Shown here: positions 1 to 10,334 of the stretch, one piece after another
How positions within the stretch are numbered: the first letter of the stretch is position 1
How the letters are laid out: every line of letters begins with the position of its first letter
NCBI GenBank assembly: GCA_017462485.1
Contig: JAFTRA010000003.1
Location: forward strand, 859-64,858
Direction of reading: 5' to 3'
Source: Clostridia bacterium
GTDB taxonomy: Bacteria; Bacillota; Clostridia; Oscillospirales; CAG-272
DNA: 64,000 nt
Program-made: the position numbers and the translations under genes
Notes under the pieces: model-generated
Seen by the model: only the letters and a program-made list of their open reading frames with translations
Database searches by the model: none
Told to the model about the DNA's origin: nothing

Positions 1-1
1 G

Positions 2-2227
2 ATTTTGTATTATGAATGTAATATTTGCGGTGATAAATTCAAGGATGAAAAAGGATATGAAGCTGTTTCTGACAGAGATATTCTATTAGGCAACACGGGG
101 CACAGTTTTACGCTCGACGGCGTGCTTTTCACTATGCCCGACGCGGATAGCGCAGGATTTTTAAAAATCAACTGTACCAAATGCGGAAAAACGCACTCGG
201 AGCTTGAAATTCCGCATTATTCCGACAATCCGTCCTTTTACGAAATCTCCGTTACACCCGCAACCTGCACGGATAAAGGCTCTAAAGCTTATGCTCTGAA
301 CTCTTATAAAATAAGGATTTTTTTAAGTGAGCTGATGCTTTCCGAGTCGCTCAAGGACTCTATATACAGCAATCTGTCAGCCTCCGGTGCGTTTGACACC
401 GCATTTGAGATTGAAATCGACTGCACGCCTCACTGCTATGAAATTTCCTATATCACAGCACCGACGCTTGATGCCGAGGGCGAGATTAAGGTTAACTGCA
501 TCGACTGCAAGCAGGAGTTTTTACCCGTAATACAAGGTGGAAACTACACCCCTGCCCTGTGCGACGATAGCATATACACCCTCGAATATGACACCTCAAG
601 CTGCGAGGCGGCAGGTGTTGTATCATACAGCGTTAACGAGTTTGCTTTAAGGCGGCTTATTATAGAAAATTACGGACTAAGCAACGTGTCCTACGTCTCT
701 GTCGGTAATAAAACGTTTTCATTTGACGGACAGATTCTCGGTCATAAATACTCTGCAGAGATTTCTCACCCTACGACTGCCGAAGCAGGCTCCGTTTGCG
801 TGCGTTGTGCTGAATGTGGAAAGGCGCTGACAGAAACAGCACTTGACGGCTTTGTAATCCCCGCAGCATCTAATGGCGAATATTTCACGTCGGTATTAAC
901 CGCAAGCTGCACAGAATCAGGTACGCTTACGTATTCCTATATTGCAGATAAGATTATAGACGGCTTTATCTCGACAACGGGTGTTACAAATAGCGAATAT
1001 ATAGCGCAAATACGCGCTTTGCTTACCGATATAGTTTACGAGGTTGATGCGCTTGGTCACGATTATTCGTCCGGCAAAGAGGTGCTTACAAAGCTACCGA
1101 CAACAACCGAAGAGGGCATAATAATCTTCCCGTGTGACAGGACGGGCTGTGAGCATCACAGAGAGCTTGCCGACGGAGTGAGCAATCTTAAAATACCGTC
1201 TCTTTCCAGCCAAAGCGCGCATTATACGGTGAAAGGAAACACAGCCACCTGCTCGAGCGCAGGTATCATTTCTCTCGCTATTGCTGATGGCTGGTACGAG
1301 AGTCAGCTCGCACCTTATATGAGCGAAGAAGAAATTTTGATATACGTAGGCACAGACGAGGTGACACCCGTTCTTCAGAATTTTGAAATACCGGGCACAG
1401 TCTTATCTCACTCGCTGCGTTACGCCATAACTCACGATACTATGACAGTGAGCTGCGGCTACGCTGATTGTACCGCAGTGTCGGTGGTGATTACACTACC
1501 GCAAAAAACGAGCTCTCTATATACCAAAAACGAGATTGCAAGCACCTGCTGCGAGCAAGGCTCATGCACCTACACTCTTTCCTATGCGTCAGCATGCGAG
1601 ATAGTTTCGGAATACAACGATAGCCTAAAAAACAGCTACCCGAATTCTCTTCCCGAAAACGTAGCTAAACGTCTAAACGAGAAATACAGCTACACGCTTC
1701 CCCTTGAGCTTAACAGCTCAAATCACCCCAAGGATATGATAGCGCTTGACTCCACGAAGGAAACTAAGTTTCCTGAATACAACTACACCTTAAACCAAAC
1801 GTCAAGTGGTATTGTATATAAGGTCTGTAACGGCTGCGGCGCTCCGTTGTACGTGTATTTTTCGTACAAGGACGGCGTGTGGGTAAAACGTAATTTTGAC
1901 GGCGGATTCTGCAGGCAGTATAATGTGGACGGTGTGATATACAACACACCCATAACGTATACATGGCACTACTCGGTTTACTACGTGGGCGCACCGTTTA
2001 TAATTCACCCGACGGAAATAAACACGCTGACAACAACGTACCGCGACGTTATCCTGGCAGACTGCGAGGAATACAACGGCAAAGTTGCCACAGAGGTGCT
2101 TGTTTACATAGACGGTGTTCTGCAAACCGAATCGAGCAACAGGTTGTCTATTAATGATGGCGGTGTAAGAATATATTTCGGCGAGATTTACAAAGGCGAC
2201 GTATATGTAAAAATAATTTATAAATAA
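2..2227 (+). CDS. Cys-rich repeat surface/secreted protein, 5'-truncated by the window edge
   Basis: Frame is open from the window start. Recurrent CxxCG, (P/A)TCT/ASCT and LGHxY motifs typical of large Clostridia surface proteins. Confidence 0.75.
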   Translation: MLYYECNICGDKFKDEKGYEAVSDRDILLGNTGHSFTLDGVLFTMPDADSAGFLKINCTKCGKTHSELEIPHYSDNPSFYEISVTPATCTDKGSKAYALNSYKIRIFLSELMLSESLKDSIYSNLSASGAFDTAFEIEIDCTPHCYEISYITAPTLDAEGEIKVNCIDCKQEFLPVIQGGNYTPALCDDSIYTLEYDTSSCEAAGVVSYSVNEFALRRLIIENYGLSNVSYVSVGNKTFSFDGQILGHKYSAEISHPTTAEAGSVCVRCAECGKALTETALDGFVIPAASNGEYFTSVLTASCTESGTLTYSYIADKIIDGFISTTGVTNSEYIAQIRALLTDIVYEVDALGHDYSSGKEVLTKLPTTTEEGIIIFPCDRTGCEHHRELADGVSNLKIPSLSSQSAHYTVKGNTATCSSAGIISLAIADGWYESQLAPYMSEEEILIYVGTDEVTPVLQNFEIPGTVLSHSLRYAITHDTMTVSCGYADCTAVSVVITLPQKTSSLYTKNEIASTCCEQGSCTYTLSYASACEIVSEYNDSLKNSYPNSLPENVAKRLNEKYSYTLPLELNSSNHPKDMIALDSTKETKFPEYNYTLNQTSSGIVYKVCNGCGAPLYVYFSYKDGVWVKRNFDGGFCRQYNVDGVIYNTPITYTWHYSVYYVGAPFIIHPTEINTLTTTYRDVILADCEEYNGKVATEVLVYIDGVLQTESSNRLSINDGGVRIYFGEIYKGDVYVKIIYK

Positions 2228-2267
2228 ACCAAAGCTTGCATATTAATCGCAAGCAAAAACAACATAA

Positions 2268-2709
2268 GGCTGTCGCATTTAGGCAGAACCAAATAAAAAA
2301 CGGCAGAAGCATTGTCATAAAACAGTGTTTCTGTCGTTTCTTTATGCAAATTTAAAGAAATCAAGGTTAAAAACCTATGGTTTTCTCCGTTTTTTATTGA
2401 AGTTTTTTATTTTATAATCAAGCCAATTTGCATCGAGGAGCTTGCTCATCAGTGCAAATGCGAAGATTGCTCTGCGCGCATTGCAACAGAGTTGCAATAC
2501 GGTACATCGTGCCAAGCGCAAAGAGTATCCTCGTTTCCTCGCTCAACGTACCTTTGTACGCATATCGCTCGTCAGTCAAGGATTTCTGCTCCAAATCCGT
2601 TCGCCCCGAGGGTCTGTTCTCATTGGCCGCAAGAGAATAAAACTATAATTCTGACTGTGTTTTTCGCATTTTTTCCTTGCTTTACTTGAATTCTTAATGA
2701 GACAGACCC
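2268..2709. mobile_element. MITE-like / IS-end remnant with imperfect terminal inverted repeats, no transposase
   Basis: Left end GGCTGTCGCATTTA; reverse complement of the right end GGGTCTGTCTCATTAA. The first ~130 bp recur almost identically at 51381-51512. Confidence 0.5.
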
Positions 2710-2832
2710 ATTATTTCTGCAAATTATTTGAGATTTAATTAAAAGTATATAATTACATTATTCTCTTGTGAAGGTTTTTATTTAAATCCTTAATGATAGA
2801 ATCCCTTCGTTTTGCTTTTTTCTTAATTAATA

Positions 2833-2967
2833 TTACGGATTAAGGTCAAGCTCCCAATTTCCGTCATTCTCATCGTAAGGATTTGTTGTAGTACCCGGTG
2901 AGGTTGTAATAACGTCTTTTAAAGCAACTTCTATTACTTCAATTTCCGGATTTTTATATTTTTTCAT
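2833..2967 (-). CDS. 44-aa peptide MKKYKNPEIEVIEVALKDVITTSPGTTTNPYDENDGNWELDLNP with RiPP-like YxxP leader
   Basis: GGAGG RBS directly after the stop of the 2300-aa gene (TAAGGAGGTAGTAAAGATG). 29/44 identical to the peptide at 35891-36025, with 7 synonymous codon differences. Confidence 0.88.
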   Translation of the reverse strand: MKKYKNPEIEVIEVALKDVITTSPGTTTNPYDENDGNWELDLNP

Positions 2968-2980
2968 CTTTACTACCTCC

Positions 2981-5900
2981 TTACTTTGTTACTTCAGCTC
3001 TGTACGCCTCTGCACTCTCGCAATATTTTGCGAAGCGCTCAACGAGGGTGACAAGACCGGGGTTGTTCTGCGTTTTTGCGAATTCATAATAGGAATTGAC
3101 GTGATAGCTTCCGGATAGAACTCCGTCTATATAGTAGGTGATAGTTCCGCACATTGCGTATGCGTAAGAATCAATATCTATATAGCTGCCGTTGCTGTCC
3201 GTTCCGGCGAGCGTATCGAGCTTCATATTACCAAGATAGAACTCATACGAAGCCGCCTCACCCGAAACGTAGAATCTCGTTGCGGGAGTTGCTCCGAGAA
3301 CAAGGGTTACACTCTCAAGTCCCGTCTTGGGAGCCGTCGAGCTTCCGTTGAATGCGGGAGCGTTGCTTGCGTCATAATTCTCTCCAATAATAGCATCTAT
3401 TTTTGCTATTGCTCCGGCATCTACCGTCTTAAAGTAGATGTACGCCGCTCTTACGTATGAAAGAACGTCCTTGACCAGCTGAATCTCGGTTTCGCTTTCG
3501 CTGTTATTTATTACCTTTTCGGCATACTTCGGAATGCTGAACGTGAACGTTCCCGTTGCCGTACCTGCCCCTACCGAAACGGTTGCGATAAGCTTGATTT
3601 CTTTTGCCGCCTCCGCTGCGGGAAGTGCTACTGTCATAAGATAATATTTCTTACCGTTTACAGTTGTAAGATTACTTGAAATTTCTTCGAGATTTGCATA
3701 CTCTTCACCGTTAAATGTAAACTTAAGTAGTATTTCTGCAGGAATATAAACGTTCATTACGAGGTCTCTGTCGAGCGTTATACTCATTTTTGGAGTGAAG
3801 TCTATGCTTGCGGCTGCCTTCTGGCGCAATCTGTAAATTGCGTTCTCTGCCGTCTCGTCAACCTTGACGAGAACAAGCTCTGTTCCGTCAGCAGTCTTGA
3901 AGATTTTCGTGGTATCAAGACTTTCAGCAGCAGTCTTTGAAATAACGAGCTGCATATAGTTTTCACCCTCTGATTTGCCGAAGAGAACCGACGAGCCGTT
4001 ATCCGCAACTGCCGTTAAGTTGAAGCTTGCGCTGCCCGTTATAATCTTGCAGCCCTCAACTGTGATATTTACTTTAGAGTTGGTTACGCAATATGCCTTT
4101 CCTGAAACAATACCTTTTGTGGTAGTATCGTTTGCGTTAAAGAGTGTAACTTTTTTGGTCGCATTTGAGATATCTACCGTGCAGGTATCTTTGATAATAA
4201 GGTTAAAGGTCATATCTCTTCCGGGTGTATTTTCGTTATAACCTTCGGGAGCATATCCTGAGTTGTCTTTAAAGTTGGTAAACAAGCTCGTAAGTGTCGC
4301 TCCTGATGCCAAAGAGATGTCTATTCTGTCAAGCGTCCAATTAAGCGCTTTGTGACATTCGCTTTTAGCGTAATTGTTGACACCCTCCATACCTACGTAG
4401 AATAAGCTATCATTAGAGAGAACTATGTCACCGTTTGTAACGTAATAAGTTGCAGTATGTCCAACGTCTTTACCTAAGCTACTAGCAGAATGGGTACCGC
4501 ATTTAGAATATGCCTTAAATATTGCTCCAGTTGTTTGAGTGAACGTATGACCTCCAAGGTCGATTATCATTTCACCCTGCATCAAGCAGAGGTTTCCGGT
4601 AACCGTCGCAGAAGAGGTATAATCTCCGCGCATGTAAACAACCGCTTTTGTTCCCGGGTCTTGACAATAGATTCTTGCTCCAACTTTATCCGCCGCGACT
4701 GCATTAGCAAAGTCATCGTTTCCGTAAACGCAGGTATAAACGCCGTTTGCATATTTAAACACTACAAACTTGTAAGCCGCATAAGTCGGACTAATGTTTC
4801 CGTAAGGTGTATAGAGCTGCTCGTAAGTGTACGTATTAGAGGAAATTGTTACCGTTACGGCACTCTTATTTGTAAAGGCTACCGACGAGCCGTTGTCCTC
4901 GTTGACGTCTGCCCAAATGAAGCTTTCATCATTTGCCGTTACCTCGAGTCCATCGACCGTGATATTTACTCTGGCGTTAAGATTATCCTCAGCTCTGTTA
5001 GCGTCGTTTGCATCAAAGAGCGTCAGTTCTTTCTTTGCGCCTGTGATATCAAGCGTGCAATTATCCTTTACCGTAAGATTGAAGATAATATCCTTTGTGC
5101 TCGTAAGGTTTGTGCATGTTCTGAATGCGGTAAATACGTTAGTGATATATTCGTCTTTATCCTGAACAGAAATATCAACTCCGTCAAGAGTCCAATATAC
5201 CTGCTTTGGATAGGGACCTGTATGATTATTATATCCCGAGCCCTCCGTTCCGATGTAGAACAAAGCGTTCGTAGTAAGAATTATATCACCGTTAATGATT
5301 TCGTAGTAACCCGGTAAATAGAATTCGCCGGGATTGCTTGTTGCGATGCCGTTATCATATTTAGCGTGCGCTCTGATAAGGGGCTCGCTGTTTTCCTGGG
5401 TAAGAACGTGACCGCCAAGGTCAATAATTATCGTACCTATATTGAAGCCGCAGTTACCGGAACCGTTTGCAGTACCACTTCCCGCATCCTTCGTCATATA
5501 AATCACGCACTTCTTACCGGCTACGGATTTAGTTGCGCTGCCGGCATCCGCAAGCGCATCGGCAAAAGCATTAAATCCCTTTCTAAAGGTATAAGTACCG
5601 TCTGCGTTAGCAACGTAGGTGAGGAATGCGTAGTCTTCATTACCCGAGGGTATATTTCCGTAAGGAGTATCCATACCGCCAAGCGTGTAGATTGCCTTGC
5701 CGTCTGCTTCCGACAGCTTTTTAAGTCCATATACGTAGTCATACTCACCTATAAAGGTAGCCGATGTATCCGGAGTAAAGGTGCTTGGAACGGTCAAGGT
5801 CATAAATTCCTCGCTGCTGTTCTTCGTATATACAACAGAGGATCCGTTGTCGGCAACCTTGTGCCACACGAACGAGGAATCAGCTTTAATTTCACACGCA

Positions 5901-8900
5901 CCCACCGTTACGTTCACTATAGAGTTAGTTGCGTAAACGCTATTGCTTATCATTCCCGAAATACTGGTATCGCAAGCATCAAAGAGCACGAAGCCCGAGG
6001 GAGCGTTGGTTATATCTATAACGCAATTGTCATCAAAGGTTACGTTAAGACCCATCTTGGCGTTTCTGGTTACAATAATGCTATGGTCCTTATAGCTTCC
6101 CATAAGCGACGTGAATTTTGCGCCCTCTGCCAATGAAATGTTTACATTATTAAAAATAAAGTCGCCCGTCTTATAGCTTGTATCGGTCGTGTTAACCTCA
6201 TACTGCTGACCCGCCTTGCCGCCTGAGGCTCCAATTTCATGGAAGAGTCCTGCTGTATTAAGAACTATGTTACCGTTCTCTACGATAACGGTGCTCTTAT
6301 TCCAATTCTTATCTCTCGCTTTTGCGTGTCCCGAGAAGAGTCCTACGTTCTCCTTAGCCTGATAAAGAGTTTTACCGTTAAGATCGAAGAGAATAGTTCC
6401 CGTAATATACGAAATGTTAGTGAAATTATCATCAAAATTAGCGTCAGCTCTGAAATATATTACCGCTTTTGCTTCGTGATCGCTTCCTTGAGTATTAAGT
6501 CTTGCAGTTTCAAGAACGTCAAATATAGAATTGCTTCCGTCAATACAACTATACGTATCGGTTGACTTGTCGTAAAGGAATACAACCATAGTGCTTGTCG
6601 CATATTTACTATCTATCGTACCGTATTCCGTTTCGAGAGTCGTTTCGGTTATATCAATATTTCTGACAGCAGACCAAGCATCAGAAGAATAGAGATAATA
6701 TACGCTTCCCTGCGTATCAAAGTATTTAAGTCCATCTGTGCCTGCTGCACCGGGTGCGCCGGAGCCGACCAGCCAAATTCTCTGCTGTCCGCTCTGCTTT
6801 ACGTTTGCTATTTCGGAAGTGAGCGCCGCAACGTATGCATCAAGCGCTGACTCTTCAAGAGTTCCGCTCGTTACGTCCGCCGTCGAATAAGCTCCGCTTA
6901 CGTAAAGCTCCTTTTCGCCAGCAGTTTTATCGGCAACTATTCCCGCAAGGCTTACGGATGAATTTGCAGATACGGAAGACAAGCTGTAACAGTTCTCTAC
7001 AAGGTAAGGATGCTCGATAGAATCGTTACCTACGTCGGAAAGCGAGCCCAAGAAGCCTGCGATACCTCCAAGGTACATATTCTCTCCACTGACGTCAAGC
7101 TCTGCGTCGCTGTAAGAGTTCTTAATATAAAGAGTACCGCTTACGCCAAGCTTATTGCCTAAAGCATCAACCGTATTCATATTGGGAGATACGGCGCCGA
7201 CAAGACCGCCTATATATCCGTTTTGTAAAGTATTGTTTTCTTTTAGCCCGATTTTTCCACTAAATCCACAGTATTCAACCGAGCTATTCAGACCCGCCGT
7301 GCCTACTATACCTCCGGCAAGAGTAAAATTCTCCGAAAGATATATTTCAGCAGCAGAGGTACAACTCTTTATCAGAGTCGCGTGAGCCATACCGCACACA
7401 GAGCCAACACGTCCCGCCATATACTCGTCATCAAATACGCTAGGCGCGGAATATTCGCCATCCGTCATAAGCGTTACTATTTTTACGCTATCCTTGATTT
7501 CGCAACCAAAGACAGTATTAAAGCCGTAAAATTCTGTATCGGTTACAGTTGGAGCTGCGGCACGACCTACTATACCGCCCGTAACACCTTTACCTATTAT
7601 CTGTACGTCATCAAGAATGACGTTCTTTATTGTTGCTCCGTATATTACACCAAACAGACCGTATCCCTCCGACCAATTGAATCTGCGCTCGGAGTTAGCC
7701 GTGGTAATAGTTCCGTTAGTTATCTTAAAATCGCGGCCGTCGTAAACGCCGCCAAAGGCAGCCATATTTTTCGAGCTGACGTAGTACGTACCGATTGAGG
7801 TCATATCCTTTCCGCCGAGGTCGATATTTGCTGTCTGCTCGAAATACACACCTGTGAATGAAGCGCTTCCCTCTGTGATATTCTTGCTTATCCAGTAAAG
7901 GTTTTCAGCGTTAGCTATCTTGTAAGGATTAGCTTCCGTTCCCTCTCCCTCGGGCTTTGTAGCGGTAGCACCGTCCCAAACGGGAGTCACACGCTTCTCA
8001 GAGTCCGAATTCAAGTTTAAGGTGAACTGATTTATGGTTTTGAAATATCTATCCTTAGTAGCGGAATACCACTCGACAGCAAGCTTTTCCCCACTCTCGT
8101 CGAAGTAGAACATAGCTATCATACTGCAGCCGCCAAGCTGAGCGTCAAAGCCCTGAGGATTTATAAGCATCTCTGTGACGGTATTGCTCGTCTCACCGTC
8201 GTTGTAATTTTCAACTTGATTTACAATGATTCTATCGTGCGCTATATGACCCGAAAGAACCATTTTTATGTTGGAATGCTTTGAAACTATTGATTCCCAA
8301 AGCTCATCACCGTTGTAAGTCGAGTTAGGAGTCGGGTCACCCGGGTCAAGCGTAGTTCCGTCTCCGTTCATATACCCGTGAACGTTTATTATAACCTTGT
8401 GGTTAGGGTGAGCAGCGATTACCTTGTTAGCCCAGGTAACGACATCGTCCTTTATTATCCAGTCAAGGTTAACGAAAAGATACTGTACCTCATTTTCGCC
8501 TACCGTCAAGGTCTGGAAGGTGTTAGCGTAGGAGCTTGAATATCCTGTAACAAGGTCGGTAACGTCGTTAACATCATCGTACTGCCCGTCACCGTATCTT
8601 CCGCCACCATTCTCTTCTGTGAACTGCGATGTGAAGTTTTCAAGCCTTCCAAAATAGGTATTGAAGCCCTCGAGTCTTTGGTTTGTTGTCAAATCCGGAT
8701 ATACGTCGTGATTTCCACGAATAAGAGCGTAAGGAAGCTCACCGTCAAGCTGCTTTATCGCGTCGTAAACAATATCCCAATGAGTGTATGTACCGTTTGC
8801 ATCGACAACATAATTTCCGCTAGAATCCTTTGAATATCTTCTTGAACGTCCGTTGTCGTTGGTTATATCACCGAGAGTTATCGCGAACTGTATGTTCTTG

Positions 8901-9883
8901 TCTGTTTTATTTTTAACTACCCACTCGTAAAGCCCAGGCAAATTGTTTGGATAGTAGTCGGTCGTTGTCTGGATATCGCCCATAACCGCAAAGGAATAAG
9001 CTGACGTAAAGCCGTAGGATGCTCTTATTGCTGCCATCTCAGCCTCGGTAAGCCAGGTCTTGCTGTAAATAAGGTCGTTTCCGTTTCCGCTCTCGTCCTT
9101 GATATCCTTGCCGATATCACTTGAGTCAATATCGTAGTAGCAAATAAGATTATCATTCACGGGAATGTTGTTCTCAAGCTTGAGCACGTCTTCAGCGGTC
9201 ATTCCCATACCAAGCGAACAGTCACCGCTTATTTCAGAGGCGCTTCTTACGTCGGAATAAACGGTTACGTCACCGATACCGCCCTTGAAATAATTCGGAT
9301 TCATATGCCCGTTATCACCGCCTAGCGCCATAGGCATCTCGAGTATGTCGGGAGTAATCTCGGGGTAATAATACTTTTCTTCTTTGAGCTCTCCGTTTAC
9401 GTAACAGGAAACCACACCGTTATCACCGTCATAAACCAAAGCAAGATGCGACCATTCGTCAGTGGGAATAGCCGCGTTCTCAAACGTTATATCGTAAACG
9501 TTTGAGATTGAATCGCTCCACACTATTCTTGGAACAGCGCCGGTAAGTATCTCATAGTTTAAGTAAGCCATTCCGTAAGAGGATGAAGTCCAGAAGTTTC
9601 CGTAAAGAGTTCCTACCTTTTCGCTCGCCACGGACTCGGGAATATACACCCATGCCTCAAGCGTTACAGGCATAACCGATAAATCATCGGCCATCTGATA
9701 GCTGTCCGTTGCGTACGGTGAGTCTTTACCGTTGTAGATATCCTCTTCAACAGCGCCTCCAATGGTAAGTCCGCCGTGCTCATCATCAGCCGCCAAGGCG
9801 GGTATTACCAGGATAGCGACAAGCAAGCAAATCACAGCCGTAACAACGGTTATTACTTTCCATTTTTTCAAATGTTTTTTCAT
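2981..9883 (-). CDS. Giant secreted modular protein: LamG-like + calcineurin-like metallophosphoesterase + GLUG-like + ~300-aa repeats + conserved C-terminal domain
   Basis: N-terminal signal peptide. LamG-like motifs (TLEAWVY, WSHLALVYD, YVNGE); phosphoesterase motifs (GDIQ, LGD, RGNHD, NVH, SGH); GEGTEANPYKI. Repeats start T(E/P)YG(T/N)I. C-terminus homologous to that of 27667..35877. Confidence 0.9.
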   Translation of the reverse strand: MKKHLKKWKVITVVTAVICLLVAILVIPALAADDEHGGLTIGGAVEEDIYNGKDSPYATDSYQMADDLSVMPVTLEAWVYIPESVASEKVGTLYGNFWTSSSYGMAYLNYEILTGAVPRIVWSDSISNVYDITFENAAIPTDEWSHLALVYDGDNGVVSCYVNGELKEEKYYYPEITPDILEMPMALGGDNGHMNPNYFKGGIGDVTVYSDVRSASEISGDCSLGMGMTAEDVLKLENNIPVNDNLICYYDIDSSDIGKDIKDESGNGNDLIYSKTWLTEAEMAAIRASYGFTSAYSFAVMGDIQTTTDYYPNNLPGLYEWVVKNKTDKNIQFAITLGDITNDNGRSRRYSKDSSGNYVVDANGTYTHWDIVYDAIKQLDGELPYALIRGNHDVYPDLTTNQRLEGFNTYFGRLENFTSQFTEENGGGRYGDGQYDDVNDVTDLVTGYSSSYANTFQTLTVGENEVQYLFVNLDWIIKDDVVTWANKVIAAHPNHKVIINVHGYMNGDGTTLDPGDPTPNSTYNGDELWESIVSKHSNIKMVLSGHIAHDRIIVNQVENYNDGETSNTVTEMLINPQGFDAQLGGCSMIAMFYFDESGEKLAVEWYSATKDRYFKTINQFTLNLNSDSEKRVTPVWDGATATKPEGEGTEANPYKIANAENLYWISKNITEGSASFTGVYFEQTANIDLGGKDMTSIGTYYVSSKNMAAFGGVYDGRDFKITNGTITTANSERRFNWSEGYGLFGVIYGATIKNVILDDVQIIGKGVTGGIVGRAAAPTVTDTEFYGFNTVFGCEIKDSVKIVTLMTDGEYSAPSVFDDEYMAGRVGSVCGMAHATLIKSCTSAAEIYLSENFTLAGGIVGTAGLNSSVEYCGFSGKIGLKENNTLQNGYIGGLVGAVSPNMNTVDALGNKLGVSGTLYIKNSYSDAELDVSGENMYLGGIAGFLGSLSDVGNDSIEHPYLVENCYSLSSVSANSSVSLAGIVADKTAGEKELYVSGAYSTADVTSGTLEESALDAYVAALTSEIANVKQSGQQRIWLVGSGAPGAAGTDGLKYFDTQGSVYYLYSSDAWSAVRNIDITETTLETEYGTIDSKYATSTMVVFLYDKSTDTYSCIDGSNSIFDVLETARLNTQGSDHEAKAVIYFRADANFDDNFTNISYITGTILFDLNGKTLYQAKENVGLFSGHAKARDKNWNKSTVIVENGNIVLNTAGLFHEIGASGGKAGQQYEVNTTDTSYKTGDFIFNNVNISLAEGAKFTSLMGSYKDHSIIVTRNAKMGLNVTFDDNCVIDITNAPSGFVLFDACDTSISGMISNSVYATNSIVNVTVGACEIKADSSFVWHKVADNGSSVVYTKNSSEEFMTLTVPSTFTPDTSATFIGEYDYVYGLKKLSEADGKAIYTLGGMDTPYGNIPSGNEDYAFLTYVANADGTYTFRKGFNAFADALADAGSATKSVAGKKCVIYMTKDAGSGTANGSGNCGFNIGTIIIDLGGHVLTQENSEPLIRAHAKYDNGIATSNPGEFYLPGYYEIINGDIILTTNALFYIGTEGSGYNNHTGPYPKQVYWTLDGVDISVQDKDEYITNVFTAFRTCTNLTSTKDIIFNLTVKDNCTLDITGAKKELTLFDANDANRAEDNLNARVNITVDGLEVTANDESFIWADVNEDNGSSVAFTNKSAVTVTISSNTYTYEQLYTPYGNISPTYAAYKFVVFKYANGVYTCVYGNDDFANAVAADKVGARIYCQDPGTKAVVYMRGDYTSSATVTGNLCLMQGEMIIDLGGHTFTQTTGAIFKAYSKCGTHSASSLGKDVGHTATYYVTNGDIVLSNDSLFYVGMEGVNNYAKSECHKALNWTLDRIDISLASGATLTSLFTNFKDNSGYAPEGYNENTPGRDMTFNLIIKDTCTVDISNATKKVTLFNANDTTTKGIVSGKAYCVTNSKVNITVEGCKIITGSASFNLTAVADNGSSVLFGKSEGENYMQLVISKTAAESLDTTKIFKTADGTELVLVKVDETAENAIYRLRQKAAASIDFTPKMSITLDRDLVMNVYIPAEILLKFTFNGEEYANLEEISSNLTTVNGKKYYLMTVALPAAEAAKEIKLIATVSVGAGTATGTFTFSIPKYAEKVINNSESETEIQLVKDVLSYVRAAYIYFKTVDAGAIAKIDAIIGENYDASNAPAFNGSSTAPKTGLESVTLVLGATPATRFYVSGEAASYEFYLGNMKLDTLAGTDSNGSYIDIDSYAYAMCGTITYYIDGVLSGSYHVNSYYEFAKTQNNPGLVTLVERFAKYCESAEAYRAEVTK

Positions 9884-10004
9884 ATGTATTTCTCTCCTTA
9901 CGTGTTTATATCCATTTTGCTTTGTATTTTTTCGTATATAACAAGTATAAATCTCACAAATTGCAAATTCTTACGAGTTTGTGACATAGGTCTTTCATTT
10001 TGTG

Positions 10005-10304
10005 ATAATATACAAAGTTCGCATCTGTCGGCTTGCCAGCAAGGGCGAACGACTATATTTCAAGGAATGTGCGAAAATCTCTGATTTTCGATGTGCTGCC
10101 GTAAGGCAACACTGTTAATTTCGCTTTGAGTGAAATTAACGGCACATGGATTATAATATACAAAGTTCGCATCTGTCAGCTTGCCAGCAAGGGCGAACGA
10201 CTATATTTCAAAGAATGTGCGAAAATCTCTGATTTTCGATGTGCTGCCGCAAGGCAACACTGTTAATTTCGGTTTAGGCGAAATTAACGGCACGTGAATA
10301 TAAT
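10005..10304. repeat. Two tandem copies of a 148-bp multi-hairpin repeat
   Basis: Units start ATAATATAC at 10005 and 10153. Same unit as the array at 13383-13830. Confidence 0.95.
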
Positions 10305-10334
10305 GCAGTACGTTATAAAAAAATTCAGGTCGAT

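Noticed and set aside
2428-2689. Three overlapping short ORFs inside the MITE-like element
   Set aside because: No RBS and no recognisable transposase or other motif.
2833-2967. Calling the peptides lasso peptides with a biosynthetic cluster
   Set aside because: No cyclase, B-peptidase or RRE gene in the window. In the two 44-aa peptides the Thr(-2)/acceptor spacing does not fit cleanly. Only leader similarity is claimed.
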